From positions 14,782 through 78,781 of the IMG/VR virus record IMGVR_UViG_3300009509_000010: a stretch of 64,000 nucleotides of DNA; one strand, written 5' to 3'. This document shows, one piece after another, positions 47,901 through 55,378 of the stretch. Source of the DNA: a virus. Both the position numbers and the translations under genes were made by a program. Numbering within the stretch: the first letter of the stretch is position 1; every line of letters starts with the position of its first letter. Below the pieces are notes generated by a model, which was not told the DNA's origin, made no database searches, and was given only the letters and a program-made list of their open reading frames with translations.

Positions 47901-48774
47901 GGATGGCGCGATCAGTTTACTTGCGGACGCTAATTTCAATTTTAAATTTTCGACCGACGATCCAACGATAACTTTCGATTCCGGTACCGACGAATTGAGA
48001 TACGACCGATCCGCAAATAGTTGGTATTTCACGGTTGGAGGCTCCAACACGTTGATAGTGTCCGGGTCTGCTTTGACGACTCTTGGTCCTATTTATACCT
48101 CAGGCGCTGGTCATGATATCGGCTCTAGTGGTCAATATTTTAGTACACTTTATGTTAATACCATAAATCTCGGGGCAGGCGATGATGGTAATGGGTTCCG
48201 AACACATTGCAAGCCTTACTTGGACGAGCAGTTTGACCTCGGTAGCACGTTGTACCAATGGAGGAATCTCTACGTCAACCAAACTGCTTACATCGACGTT
48301 TTGAGCCTTTCGACGGTAGCTGGCCAAGGCGTCGATTCGTACCTAAACCCAACCAACACCTTGAAAGATCAAGGTAACTCGACCTATTTTTGGGATTATA
48401 CTTATACCGATCGGCTATACACCCGTGAGGGCAACAACTACACGTTCGATAATTATGACGACTTGGCGTTGATTGATGAATACAACCCGAGCGGCGTGGT
48501 GGTCGAGGTGGATAAAGCGGGCGAGGTCCGGATCCTACAAAGGGCCTCAAGGGGCACCTTACCTTGGCCCATGCTTGGACCTCGGGACCCCATGGCGCAA
48601 TCGTGGTTTATCGATATCAACGATTCGTTGTATTTTCTTTTGGGCGCAATCAAGCAGCTCCACAACAAACACAAGGCCGAGGTGGCCGAGCTCCGAGCCA
48701 AGATCGAGGACCTCGTAAGCCTAAAAAGCCGGGTCGAGTTACTTGCTCGCAAGATGGAGGCGTTGACAGCATGA
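41950..48774 (+). CDS. Giant modular tail fibre / receptor-binding protein (2274 aa)
   Basis: Many PxxDxxYDLGSxxxRWxxLY fibre repeats, duplicated modules, C-term LLGAIKQL coiled coil (chaperone-like). Confidence 0.88.
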   Translation: MATGTTFAAVTEKRLFGTADFRDRLLGHLRTLVQESYEKSYRGGCVYDAALNLISGGNDKITISGTSLATDGQGHLLDVAPSGFATGLQFQNTAAVEYEIGLHYAEVPSGIQINPRTGLPEFVGWDETIGESGTPDLVTDNGNGTITFRVNTITESGVSNAGRKVRVYKNIPGPNATTEVVAIEELTVAWTGSNNEITTAAVFGQETVSTTAADYTVVLMGATIKRNTTLYDVDGYAFLGKVTGGGSGAPPSGFDVTDQDVIDMSLSDMADITSRNATTDRLKIDVKSYTGDVGDPQIQVRDPSGTPVFTVDGNGNVVIEGTTTQQDFVQVNSSETITDNLTAGDDGATDSHKIKGTWWHTNNAETANYFHIDGATGHIGLNKPADSGFWLDVANSARFQGLVQFASAVPNIQFLETDVAIDDGGLWRLILTNGDIYFQMNTAAGGDFTSATSWLRFNRALSTIYSYFNFSPISDDTRDIGSAGLEWKDLYIDGTAYVDTLSLSTVAGEGVATSIIPTTNGTLNLGSVAYRWNQIITEQLDSYLDTDTATTPAIWAKHDATSVTNTRLSLARLQADTDAAVANDFGGSVELDIKDTTVAKVQWWRRGADDQCDLYFFLRDAVDANTAQLKLKYDGGMDARTILPFATDTYDLGSPSYRWANIYTANLNVGEDINPAADLTYDLGQPSVRWLNVYTQNVAGGPGTGTDFVNISGPDYVNINGPLYLGGFDYAEPSGTMAGGGHTFLAQEATGALVLATENGDGRVNLTWNAYFDGTTWRGWKGSGEGATRLQITENVGLLEWTWWVDDSVSTPGEIANVRSIDQKRFVIGSAGVWAYDKVIIESTEPRSHYVDSDLAVDAGGLWRIRIVGGDYSLEENTAAAGNFTTISGWFRTDRANAAIEFYKNVWPSADDSFDLGTAAQQWRHLYIDGTANIDTLSLDTTDGLGVASHLKPTTTATYDLGGANRYWRDLYLSGGITSQGILYLLSDIALEETIVIQNTGVSQGGSFIKFWSNEVDLNNATDPEDVLGGLRFYGDAGDGVNSYLGASMRAAAKTGWNVSNAESKLVWALAGSGETTATDRLALNSVQLYPITDDALNLGSATNEWGDLHIDGTAYIDTLSLDTTDGLGVATTIKPTTDGSFDLGSSTREWRNLYVDGIAYVDALVLSSAAAEGVASHIVPTADDSYDLGSSSYKWRSLYLDGTAYVDTLSLSTTAGEGVATDLIPTSNGVAALGSSSYRWSNIHAIEGTFYRSTDTLSTGLLSVTHYVPSGGASRAKLAEFVATAGASNINGFGGFVSFYNGANEVGRIEWSRNGANDQADMVWRLNSVGDNMVNQLTLHYNNGIETYHHYPYAADTWDLGTTGQEWRDVYAMQLKLIQISPRIEWRDESLAIDAGGLWRNILAGGVYRIEENTAVAGDFSTNKYWFVINKTNAWVETGADFIPRANSAYNLGNATHWWLDAYIDRNLYIDDGEFYLQLNGGNPYINFATTGGVDAFWYSRGNNRFYWRIAGDDSIFALDATNAKFKVDVVPSSQRGADLGTTGSNWDWTYTRNVTSDDYLFLSSTDDHVYLVNWEAVPVGSLAGSNVTMVTGNGNWTTQLQAGAGRVNLSWNSYYDGTTWRYWDAGGDGATRMNISTSGATTYWEWWFNDTAPAAAGDTLTWISGASLRIDSGGITTKNIEAVAGNTYDIGASGAYFENLYANTHYIDATFLAFINGSTPRLTWDSTDWIQYNRTDNKWQFGVGDSTKFEIASSYINVGFSNTTPPALFNVGYYGTPGTTDLRGSHIHSYLNSNLSSVAGTRRRLVSIGGAVSNEEYLTISQYRVSTGSQWDTSAIILSREVDNSADIGGYIQFGSADFDVKGHWRPSADSTYELGGSNYRWSTIYSGNITSQRDATGAANAAAFFTHNGLTTVDVELLIARFNAETDGTQADGFGGYVRYESEGLSKGELRWVRDGGNNQYDFYWLTHNNTSLTERLRFHWDGAISLLADANFNFKFSTDDPTITFDSGTDELRYDRSANSWYFTVGGSNTLIVSGSALTTLGPIYTSGAGHDIGSSGQYFSTLYVNTINLGAGDDGNGFRTHCKPYLDEQFDLGSTLYQWRNLYVNQTAYIDVLSLSTVAGQGVDSYLNPTNTLKDQGNSTYFWDYTYTDRLYTREGNNYTFDNYDDLALIDEYNPSGVVVEVDKAGEVRILQRASRGTLPWPMLGPRDPMAQSWFIDINDSLYFLLGAIKQLHNKHKAEVAELRAKIEDLVSLKSRVELLARKMEALTA

Positions 48775-49367
48775 CAAAGCCAAAGGTTTTGATTTCAACG
48801 GCGTGGTGGCCCTCAAAAACTCGGTGGTTTAGTCAATACTCGGCCGGGGTGACGGCCCAACTTGACCAGCCAGGATATGAGTCAGAGCTGTTTATTACCA
48901 CGAGCTACGCTGGCCACAAGTTTGAATCGATTACGAGGTCAATGTTTCAAGCCCAGCAATGGGCCGATGCCCACGGATTCACCCATATTTTAAACGTCGA
49001 GGCCGACAAGGTGTTACCACCGGGCACGTTGGATCGCCTATTATCCCACCAAAAATTGGTGGTTTACGCCGGGGATGCAATTGACGGCGGCGGGCAAGGC
49101 CTAACCAAGATCGGTGTGTATCAAGGTGGTGGGGTCAAGGGGTGGGGGGTGGTGCTCGTTTCGGTCGAGATTTTGCGCCACGTTCCGTTTGACGTATACG
49201 CGGGGCAATGGCTTTGGCCTGATAGGATGTGGTTGAAACGAATGGAAAACTTAGGGGTCGACGTTTGGATGGATCGGGATTGGAAGGTCAAAACATTGGA
49301 AGCGCCATCGCGTTACGCCGGCCCAACTTTCAAACCTGAGGAGGTGCAGTGTGGCAAAACAGCTTGA
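48771..49367 (+). CDS. Glycosyltransferase family 2-like protein
   Basis: KVLIST N-term, HILNVEADKVLP (ExD for DxD), GWGVVLVSVEIL..PF..PD..GVDVWMD; ATGA overlap with fibre. Confidence 0.65.
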   Translation: MTKPKVLISTAWWPSKTRWFSQYSAGVTAQLDQPGYESELFITTSYAGHKFESITRSMFQAQQWADAHGFTHILNVEADKVLPPGTLDRLLSHQKLVVYAGDAIDGGGQGLTKIGVYQGGGVKGWGVVLVSVEILRHVPFDVYAGQWLWPDRMWLKRMENLGVDVWMDRDWKVKTLEAPSRYAGPTFKPEEVQCGKTA

Positions 49368-49566
49368 AAACATTACGATGTTTTACAGAGGCGACCCAGG
49401 CCAGGGAAGTCCAGAAACCGCGTTTTTTTCATATGACGTAGGCGACGGTGATTTGAAAAAACGCCATCAAGTTTATGAGGTTGTTTCCCCGACTTGGAGC
49501 AATTCGCCCAACACGATTTGGGCCGCCGGTGTGGCGCAAATCAAAACCAACGAAGGGATAGCGTAG
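49351..49566 (+). CDS. Small protein, paralog A (possible fibre chaperone)
   Basis: MAKQL..Y.V.DGDL..SP..IWA..V..EGI shared with next gene; RBS GAGGAGG. Confidence 0.6.
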   Translation: MAKQLENITMFYRGDPGQGSPETAFFSYDVGDGDLKKRHQVYEVVSPTWSNSPNTIWAAGVAQIKTNEGIA

Positions 49567-49568
49567 CC

Positions 49569-49784
49569 ATGGCAAAGCAACTTGACGCAGACCGGACGCG
49601 GCTCGTTTTTACTGGTTCCGAGTTGGGGCCTGATACGTTGGCCATTGAATACTCTGTTATGGATGGGGATTTGGCGGACAGCGGCAAACGCACGATTATG
49701 GATTCACCGGATTTTGACGCCACAAGCTCTGCAATTTGGGCCTCGGCGGTATCAACAGTTGAGACGGCCGAGGGGATATCCTAG
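49569..49784 (+). CDS. Small protein, paralog B
   Basis: ATG 49569; same length and motif pattern as 49351..49566. Confidence 0.6.
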   Translation: MAKQLDADRTRLVFTGSELGPDTLAIEYSVMDGDLADSGKRTIMDSPDFDATSSAIWASAVSTVETAEGIS

Positions 49785-49832
49785 ACTCAATCCAAACCGA
49801 TTGGCCGCACCGAGGCGGCACAAGGGGACATT

Positions 49833-50240
49833 ATGACAGACCAACAAACCACCGACGCAAAGCCCGCTTGTGGGACGATCAAAGAGCTTGAGGTTAAATC
49901 CGAGGCACAAGGAATTATGCCAGGGGCCTCCGAGCAGCAACGGCCGGGTGGACTCCAGGCCATGACCGAACGGGACATAAACGACTACATGGCTACCCTT
50001 CTTGAGTCCAAACAACCACCGCCGGGAATGGCTACGCTCGAGCTCGGAGCTTTGGCCCAATACCGCGCGATCGCGCAACAGCAAGGCAATACAGAGCGGC
50101 GTTTGACCCGGGCCCAAACCGAACTCGAGGCTTTGAAGGCTCAGATCTCACGGTTGCAAGGGCAATCGGAGGCTTACGTTAACCTTTTGGTTATCGCTGA
50201 GGACACACGTCGGGCCGAGGCGAAAACCAAGGTCAATTAA
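49833..50240 (+). CDS. Coiled-coil hypothetical protein
   Basis: Heptad-rich C-terminal half. Confidence 0.55.
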   Translation: MTDQQTTDAKPACGTIKELEVKSEAQGIMPGASEQQRPGGLQAMTERDINDYMATLLESKQPPPGMATLELGALAQYRAIAQQQGNTERRLTRAQTELEALKAQISRLQGQSEAYVNLLVIAEDTRRAEAKTKVN

Positions 50241-50242
50241 CC

Positions 50243-50926
50243 ATGGTGTTTGGCTTGGGTGAACGGGGCAACTCGGTTTCAAAACTTCAAGGGGACCTCG
50301 GGGTTTTAGGGATTGATCCAGGACCGATTGACGGGATCTTTGGAGCGCAAACCAAGGCGGCGGTGATTGAGTTTCAATCCCGTTACCTTGTGACCGGGAC
50401 CGTTGACCCGCACACCCTTGCCAAACTCGAAAAGGCGGCCGACGCCGAGAGGGAGCGACAAAAAATGGCCGTGCCCGTGCCAAGTGGTCTAGCGGAAATT
50501 GAGCAAACTTTCGGCGTGATTGAATGGGACCGGGCCGAGGGTGGCTATATCGTGATCACCAACGGGTGGGCCAAGGTAAACATTACCACCGAGGTGTTGC
50601 CCGTGGTGGGCAAGGCTCAGATCCACACCAAGCTCGTTTCTACATTTTGGGACGTATTCACCGAGATCGAGGGCGAGGGGTTGGCCGACGAGGTAGAGCA
50701 GTTCGGCACGTGGTGCCCGCGCCACAAAATGCACAACCCAAACCGGGGCCTAAGCTCTCACAGTTGGGCCATAGCCTGCGATCTCAATTGGGCGACCAAC
50801 CCGGTTGGGCGAGCGGGCGACCTCGACCCCAAGATCGTGCAAATCTTTGAAGCCCACGGTTTTGTTTGGGGAGGTAGGTGGAAACATAGGGATGATATGC
50901 ATTTTCAGTATTGCCGAAACTACTAG
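50243..50926 (+). CDS. Endolysin: peptidoglycan-binding domain + M15 Zn peptidase
   Basis: DGIFGAQTKAAVIEFQ PG-binding; SSHSWAIACD and WGGRW..DDMHFQ M15 motifs. Confidence 0.9.
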   Translation: MVFGLGERGNSVSKLQGDLGVLGIDPGPIDGIFGAQTKAAVIEFQSRYLVTGTVDPHTLAKLEKAADAERERQKMAVPVPSGLAEIEQTFGVIEWDRAEGGYIVITNGWAKVNITTEVLPVVGKAQIHTKLVSTFWDVFTEIEGEGLADEVEQFGTWCPRHKMHNPNRGLSSHSWAIACDLNWATNPVGRAGDLDPKIVQIFEAHGFVWGGRWKHRDDMHFQYCRNY

Positions 50927-50940
50927 CCAAGGGGCCGAGT

Positions 50941-51441
50941 ATGAGGACGCTTTTGTTTGCGATTATCTTGTTGCTACCTATGACCGCAATGGGCCAACCA
51001 ATACCGACCGAGCCAAATCCCGCGGCCGCACCATTAGCGGCAACTTATGTCGGCGCCTCCGAGGTGGAGAAAACCGATCCCAAACCGGTTGACGCGGTGG
51101 CCCTCGTGACCTCGGTGGGACAAGTGGTCAACGATTGGAAAAACGTTGGGTGGCTAGCTGGCGTGATTGCCTTGATCAACTTTTTGTTGTCGTTGTTGCG
51201 CTTCAGGCCGATCGACATGGCTATGGATCGAGTTGATATCAAGTGGTTGAAACCTTTGATCGCCACGCTGCTCGGTGCGGCCCTTGGTGGGTTTTCGACC
51301 TTCGAAACGGGAGCGGGGGTTCTTAACTCCATTGTGGCGGGGATGCTCGCGGGGCTCGGTTCGGTTGGTTTTCACGAGCTCGTTGACAATTTGCGCAAGC
51401 AAACCCGCAAAGCAACCAAGCCAGATGAACTCGTGAGTTGA
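50941..51441 (+). CDS. Holin-like membrane protein
   Basis: Signal-like N-term plus 3 TM segments, GLGSVGFHE; follows endolysin. Confidence 0.6.
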   Translation: MRTLLFAIILLLPMTAMGQPIPTEPNPAAAPLAATYVGASEVEKTDPKPVDAVALVTSVGQVVNDWKNVGWLAGVIALINFLLSLLRFRPIDMAMDRVDIKWLKPLIATLLGAALGGFSTFETGAGVLNSIVAGMLAGLGSVGFHELVDNLRKQTRKATKPDELVS

Positions 51442-51445
51442 CGCA

Positions 51446-51724
51446 GTGGACGGGGTTTGGATCGTTGTTGGCTTGGTGGTTGGGGCCGCCGCTCTGTTTG
51501 CTGTGGCCAAAATATTCGGAAACGATGGCCGCAAACAAGACCTCGTTGGGGACGCCGCAAAGCGGGCCGAGGACGTGCGGGCCGCGGCCGAGGCCGCTCT
51601 AACCGTTGAGCTTAGAGTGATAGAAGACACCAAGGCGGAACTCGAGGCAATCAAGGCGATTTCAAATGACGCCGAGCGGCTCCAAGCCCTCGCCGATTTT
51701 GCCAATCGGAGGCGGTCAAAATGA
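51446..51724 (+). CDS. Putative i-spanin-like protein
   Basis: N-term TM then coiled coil; lysis cassette. Confidence 0.45.
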   Translation: MDGVWIVVGLVVGAAALFAVAKIFGNDGRKQDLVGDAAKRAEDVRAAAEAALTVELRVIEDTKAELEAIKAISNDAERLQALADFANRRRSK

Positions 51725-52077
51725 TTTGGTGCGTGATGACATTGGCTTTCGTGGCGGCGGAGCCTCCGGATCCGGTGGTGGTACCGTTGCAACGAAACTA
51801 TCGAGCCCCTTTTGATGGCCTGCTTGTGCCCGAGGCTAGGTTTATCGAGCTTTTGGAGGCCGAGCGGTGGTCAAAGGAACTCGAGGTAAGGCTCGAGGCC
51901 GCCGAGCAAACCAGTGCGGCGATTGAGCAGGTTTACCGGGGCAAGCTGCGGGACGCGGTCGCAACGCCATGGTATGACTCGCCGAGCTTCAACCGGTGGC
52001 TTGGGATTGTAGTGGGTGGGGCGGTGGCGGGCCTCGCTGTTTGGGCGGTGGTAGAGCTTCAAGCGGCTAACCGCTGA
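51721..52077 (+). CDS. Putative spanin-like membrane protein
   Basis: Signal-like N-term, APFDGLL, coiled coil, PWY..W then C-term TM. Confidence 0.4.
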   Translation: MIWCVMTLAFVAAEPPDPVVVPLQRNYRAPFDGLLVPEARFIELLEAERWSKELEVRLEAAEQTSAAIEQVYRGKLRDAVATPWYDSPSFNRWLGIVVGGAVAGLAVWAVVELQAANR

Positions 52078-52081
52078 TCTG

Positions 52082-52090
52082 TGTTACGCT
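52082..52090 (+). promoter_or_regulatory. Possible extended -10 promoter (TGtTACGCT) for a leaderless transcript starting at 52097
   Basis: TGn+TACGCT, ATG 7 nt downstream, no Shine-Dalgarno. Confidence 0.4.
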
Positions 52091-52096
52091 CAACCC

Positions 52097-52381
52097 ATGG
52101 ATGACCTGATCAAGCTCGCGGTAGAGATTGCCAAGGGGAGTTCTACCCCGGGCCTCGTTTTGGTCCTGACGATCTTGCTAGGTCTGGCTCTGTGGGCATA
52201 TTGGCAAGAGAGGAGGGCAAACCAAAAGGTGGCCGATCAACGGCTTACCGAGGCCCGTCAAGACACCGAGGCAATGACAAGCGCCCTACACGAGGCAACC
52301 CACGCGGTCGAAAGCTTTAAAAACTCGAATGAGGCCTTGAAGCACGCGATCGAGTTGATGCTCCAAAGTAGGCATGGGTGA
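52097..52381 (+). CDS. Single-TM coiled-coil membrane protein (holin-like or partner of MshEN protein)
   Basis: PGLVLVLTILLGLALWAYW TM followed by coiled coil; overlaps next gene. Confidence 0.55.
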   Translation: MDDLIKLAVEIAKGSSTPGLVLVLTILLGLALWAYWQERRANQKVADQRLTEARQDTEAMTSALHEATHAVESFKNSNEALKHAIELMLQSRHG

Positions 52382-52778
52382 GGAAATGAAAGCCTACAAG
52401 ATCGGGGGCAACGACCCCTTTATTAAGGCGGCCAAGGATTCGACCTCTATCGGCAATCTCGCGGTTGCAAAGGGGTGGATCTCCAAGGAGGACCTTGAAA
52501 AGGCCCTTTTGGTGCAACGGGAAAAACTCCGACTCGGTGAGATATTTGTGGATTTAAAGCTTTTAACCGAGGAACAACGCGACGAGCTTTTATTCGAGCA
52601 AAGGCGGCGGCGGGGTTACAAAATCCCAATTGAGGAACTACGGGCGTTTGAGCGGGAAAAACTCCAACGTCGGCTCGAGGGGCTCAAAGCTGGTTTTCGG
52701 GAGGCAAGCAAGCACGCCAAAAATTTTGCTTGCGAGATCCATAGCCTAACAGGGGATACCATTGGCGATCCCGAGTAG
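52374..52778 (+). CDS. Standalone MshEN-motif (c-di-GMP receptor-like) protein
   Basis: Two tandem 24-aa motifs SIGNLAVAKGWISKEDLEKALLVQ and RLGEIFVDLKLLTEEQRDELLFEQ. Confidence 0.72.
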   Translation: MGEEMKAYKIGGNDPFIKAAKDSTSIGNLAVAKGWISKEDLEKALLVQREKLRLGEIFVDLKLLTEEQRDELLFEQRRRRGYKIPIEELRAFEREKLQRRLEGLKAGFREASKHAKNFACEIHSLTGDTIGDPE

Positions 52779-53360
52779 GTCCTCGTGGGTGGGTTGCGTG
52801 TAGATCGAGGTGGTTACGATATTGGTGTGGCGCGCGAATATCTGAACCGCTCGGATGTCTTTTTTCAAGCGGTAGGCGTTGGTGCAAGCCGTATGCCGCA
52901 AGCAGTGGAAATGGTAGAGCCGTTCAAAGCCCGCCTTGAGTTGCCAGTCCTGAAACATGGCGCGCATACGGCGGGTGGATATCCTGTTGCCTTTGCGGCT
53001 CACAAACAACGGGGCGGAGGGGTCGAGCGACTCGCCGCGGTCCCGTTTCCAAGCTAGATAACGGTTGAGCTTGTGGCGCAAATCATCGCCCAAGAGGACC
53101 TCTTGGGGTGTACGGTGATCGGTGCACCGCTTGAAAACCCGCAGCTCGACACGGCGGCGGGCGTTACCGTTTCGGTTGACCACGTCCCCCACGTCGAGGG
53201 CGGCGATCTCCGACTCCCGCAACCCCGTGCCAAGCGCCACCGCGAAAACCATGTGATCGCGGTATCCCGCCACGTGTTGGCCGGTAACGGCGAGGAGTGC
53301 GGTTTGCTCTGCTTCGGTAAGGGTTTTGGGCGCTAGGCCTCGGCGTGCGTAGTTGGCCAT
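52746..53360 (-). CDS. Tyrosine recombinase, catalytic domain only (204 aa)
   Basis: RD..GTGLRESE (R), HCLRH (HxxR), ARH..TTSIY (H,Y); RBS AAGGAG. Confidence 0.9.
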   Translation of the reverse strand: MANYARRGLAPKTLTEAEQTALLAVTGQHVAGYRDHMVFAVALGTGLRESEIAALDVGDVVNRNGNARRRVELRVFKRCTDHRTPQEVLLGDDLRHKLNRYLAWKRDRGESLDPSAPLFVSRKGNRISTRRMRAMFQDWQLKAGFERLYHFHCLRHTACTNAYRLKKDIRAVQIFARHTNIVTTSIYTQPTHEDLLGIANGIPC

Positions 53361-53373
53361 GTGCTTGACTCCT

Positions 53374-53418
53374 TTGTGGACATGTCTACAAGGTAATCAA
53401 CGATCCGCAATCCGTCAA
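53374..53418 (-). promoter_or_regulatory. Sigma70-type promoter of recombinase with overlapping dyad
   Basis: Minus strand TTGACG (53418-53413), 17 nt, TACCTT (53395-53390); 18-bp dyad ttgtggacatgtctacaa at 53374-53391. Confidence 0.65.
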
Positions 53419-53509
53419 CGGAAAAGAAACGACATACAAGCCCATACTAGGCTAAAAACTTTTAGGTTTTACCATTGACCGCCGATCCGCCCTTGATTAA
53501 AAAATCCCG

Positions 53510-53731
53510 ATGGCCTCGGGGGCGAAGGTTCATATTCTTTGGCAAGGCTCCACCGCTTGCGGGGTGTGGTGGGGTAACGCGCCGAAAAGGGACGTGTGGG
53601 TTGCCCCTTGGGAATGGAAGAGACTCGAGGAGGTCAGCTCCGAACCCCACCACCGTTGCCCGGATTGTGTAGCGGCGTTTGAGCGTATGCCAGACTATTG
53701 GCGTAAACGTTGGGGGGACGTCCTTGGTTGA
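53510..53731 (+). CDS. Small Cys/His hypothetical protein
   Basis: VHI..TACG..CPDC Zn-binding pattern. Confidence 0.5.
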   Translation: MASGAKVHILWQGSTACGVWWGNAPKRDVWVAPWEWKRLEEVSSEPHHRCPDCVAAFERMPDYWRKRWGDVLG

Positions 53732-54380
53732 TTCACCCCCTTGTTTAGGCACCTACGAGCCCGCCGAGGTCGAATGTAACGGCTCAAAGGCGGACCCCGA
53801 CCCTTGCACATGGCGGGACCGCTGCGGGGCTCTCAAAACGTACCTACGGCGATCCAAGCAAGGGATCGCCAAATGGCTCGAGCTCGAGGGATGGGAGATC
53901 CGGCGGTGGTGCGATCAGTGGATTGAGGCCTACGAGATCGAAGGTGGGATCCCAAGGGTTGAGCGAGAGGTCGTAAAGGTGGATTTGCGGGCGGCGTTTT
54001 CTGAGCTTGTGGCCGAGCTTCCAACGAAGATCAATTGGGAATACGCCCAAGGCCGGTTGGCCTTGCCTGGCGAGCTTTACCTCGTGGATCGGCTCGTCCA
54101 AGACCGATATGTAGCGTTTTATGTGCGGGCACGCCAAGGCCACGATCGGCCGGTGGTGCGGCTCCAAATCAAACCGCTTGTGGGTGTGGTCGAGCTTCGA
54201 TTGCCCCTTGGAGCCCCCGAGACGGCCAAAGCCCTCGGGGTGGAGGCGGTGGCCATCCGGTCGGGGAAATTTAAGGCCCGCGCAAACCTACAGGCCGACG
54301 AGCTCGAGGGCGTGGCGGTCAAAATCGGAGCTCTGGCAAACTCGGGAGCTCTCAACCTTCCCGCGAGGGTGATCAAATGA
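53679..54380 (+). CDS. Hypothetical protein with N-terminal Cys cluster
   Basis: CLGTY..ECNG..CTWRDRC; true start probably near 53724. Confidence 0.5.
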   Translation: MSVCQTIGVNVGGTSLVDSPPCLGTYEPAEVECNGSKADPDPCTWRDRCGALKTYLRRSKQGIAKWLELEGWEIRRWCDQWIEAYEIEGGIPRVEREVVKVDLRAAFSELVAELPTKINWEYAQGRLALPGELYLVDRLVQDRYVAFYVRARQGHDRPVVRLQIKPLVGVVELRLPLGAPETAKALGVEAVAIRSGKFKARANLQADELEGVAVKIGALANSGALNLPARVIK

Positions 54381-54604
54381 GCCGTTTCCATCATGGGCCC
54401 GAGGCTATGACCCGAGCGAACCTCGACCTTCTGGGTGATGATGTGATTTCGATTTTTCCCGTGTGTCACATGGGGGCGCCGGTGTTTGTGGCTTATCTTA
54501 CTGAGGAGGGCACCTTGGCCTTGACTTGCGCGGTGTGTCGAAAACTTGTGGCCAAAGTGATGGTCGCAAACGCCGGGTCCCAATTTTCGCGAGGGGTGCA
54601 TTGA
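54377..54604 (+). CDS. Small Zn-ribbon-like protein
   Basis: PVCH..LTCAVC; ATGA overlap. Confidence 0.5.
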   Translation: MSRFHHGPEAMTRANLDLLGDDVISIFPVCHMGAPVFVAYLTEEGTLALTCAVCRKLVAKVMVANAGSQFSRGVH

Positions 54605-54882
54605 TGGCAGCTCTACCCGAGGTCGCCCGGGAGGCAGGCCTTGACCCCATGCTTTGCCCCTTTTGCTTGCGGCGTGTCCAGACCACCGACGCGGTGGACC
54701 TTTTATTTCAATCCATTTTGCAACGGATCCGGCGGGGCGAAACCGTGCATATTAGGGGGTTTGGTTCGTTTCGGACCATGCGACGGGCGGGGCGGGGTCT
54801 CGCCAAGGAGGCCGGTGACTATACGGTGATCCGGTTTATAGCGGCTCCAAAAGCCAAAAGGATTGTCCGGGATGGCAAATGA
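54604..54882 (+). CDS. HU/IHF-like DNA-binding protein
   Basis: ILQRIRRGETVHIRGFGSF..R.GR..VIRFIAAPKAK. Confidence 0.78.
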   Translation: MAALPEVAREAGLDPMLCPFCLRRVQTTDAVDLLFQSILQRIRRGETVHIRGFGSFRTMRRAGRGLAKEAGDYTVIRFIAAPKAKRIVRDGK

Positions 54883-55375
54883 TATCGGCATAATGCGCCG
54901 GCGGCGGTCACCCAAAACAAAGGAGCCGGGGGTGCCGGTGGTCGGTGAGGAACCCAGAGCCTATCGGGACCTTGGCCGACCTCCGACTATGGCCGAGGTT
55001 TCCGCAAATGCGCCAAACCCTGAGGACATCTTGATTGACCACAACCCAGACCTCGAGGGGCAACTCGCAAGCGCAACGGTGTTGGTCAACGGGTCTCGGG
55101 TGCGGCTCGCCCAACTTCGGACCCAAGAGCACGTGGGCCTTTTGCTCGCCGAGGCCACCCGAGAGCAAGGCGAAACCGAGGCCCATTATCGGGCGTGGCG
55201 AGCTCGCCTTGGAGTTGAGATCGTAACCAAAGCACAAAAAGACGTGCCCGAGTGGCGCGTTAGGCAATTGATAGAGTCTGAACCGAATTATTTGACGTAT
55301 CAAACGGCGATTGCCAGGGCGGCGGCCAACGTTTTGGCGTTGCGGGCGGTGTGGGAAACGTGGGGCGACGAGTAG
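54872..55375 (+). CDS. Hypothetical coiled-coil protein (UvsY-like?)
   Basis: Helical VPEWRVRQLIESEPNY segment. Confidence 0.4.
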   Translation: MANDIGIMRRRRSPKTKEPGVPVVGEEPRAYRDLGRPPTMAEVSANAPNPEDILIDHNPDLEGQLASATVLVNGSRVRLAQLRTQEHVGLLLAEATREQGETEAHYRAWRARLGVEIVTKAQKDVPEWRVRQLIESEPNYLTYQTAIARAAANVLALRAVWETWGDE

Positions 55376-55378
55376 GGA

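Noticed and set aside
41950-53360. Shufflon or DGR acting on the tail fibre
   Set aside because: No reverse transcriptase, no TR/VR pair differing at adenines, and no inverted alternative fibre tips; fibre repeats are direct and in frame
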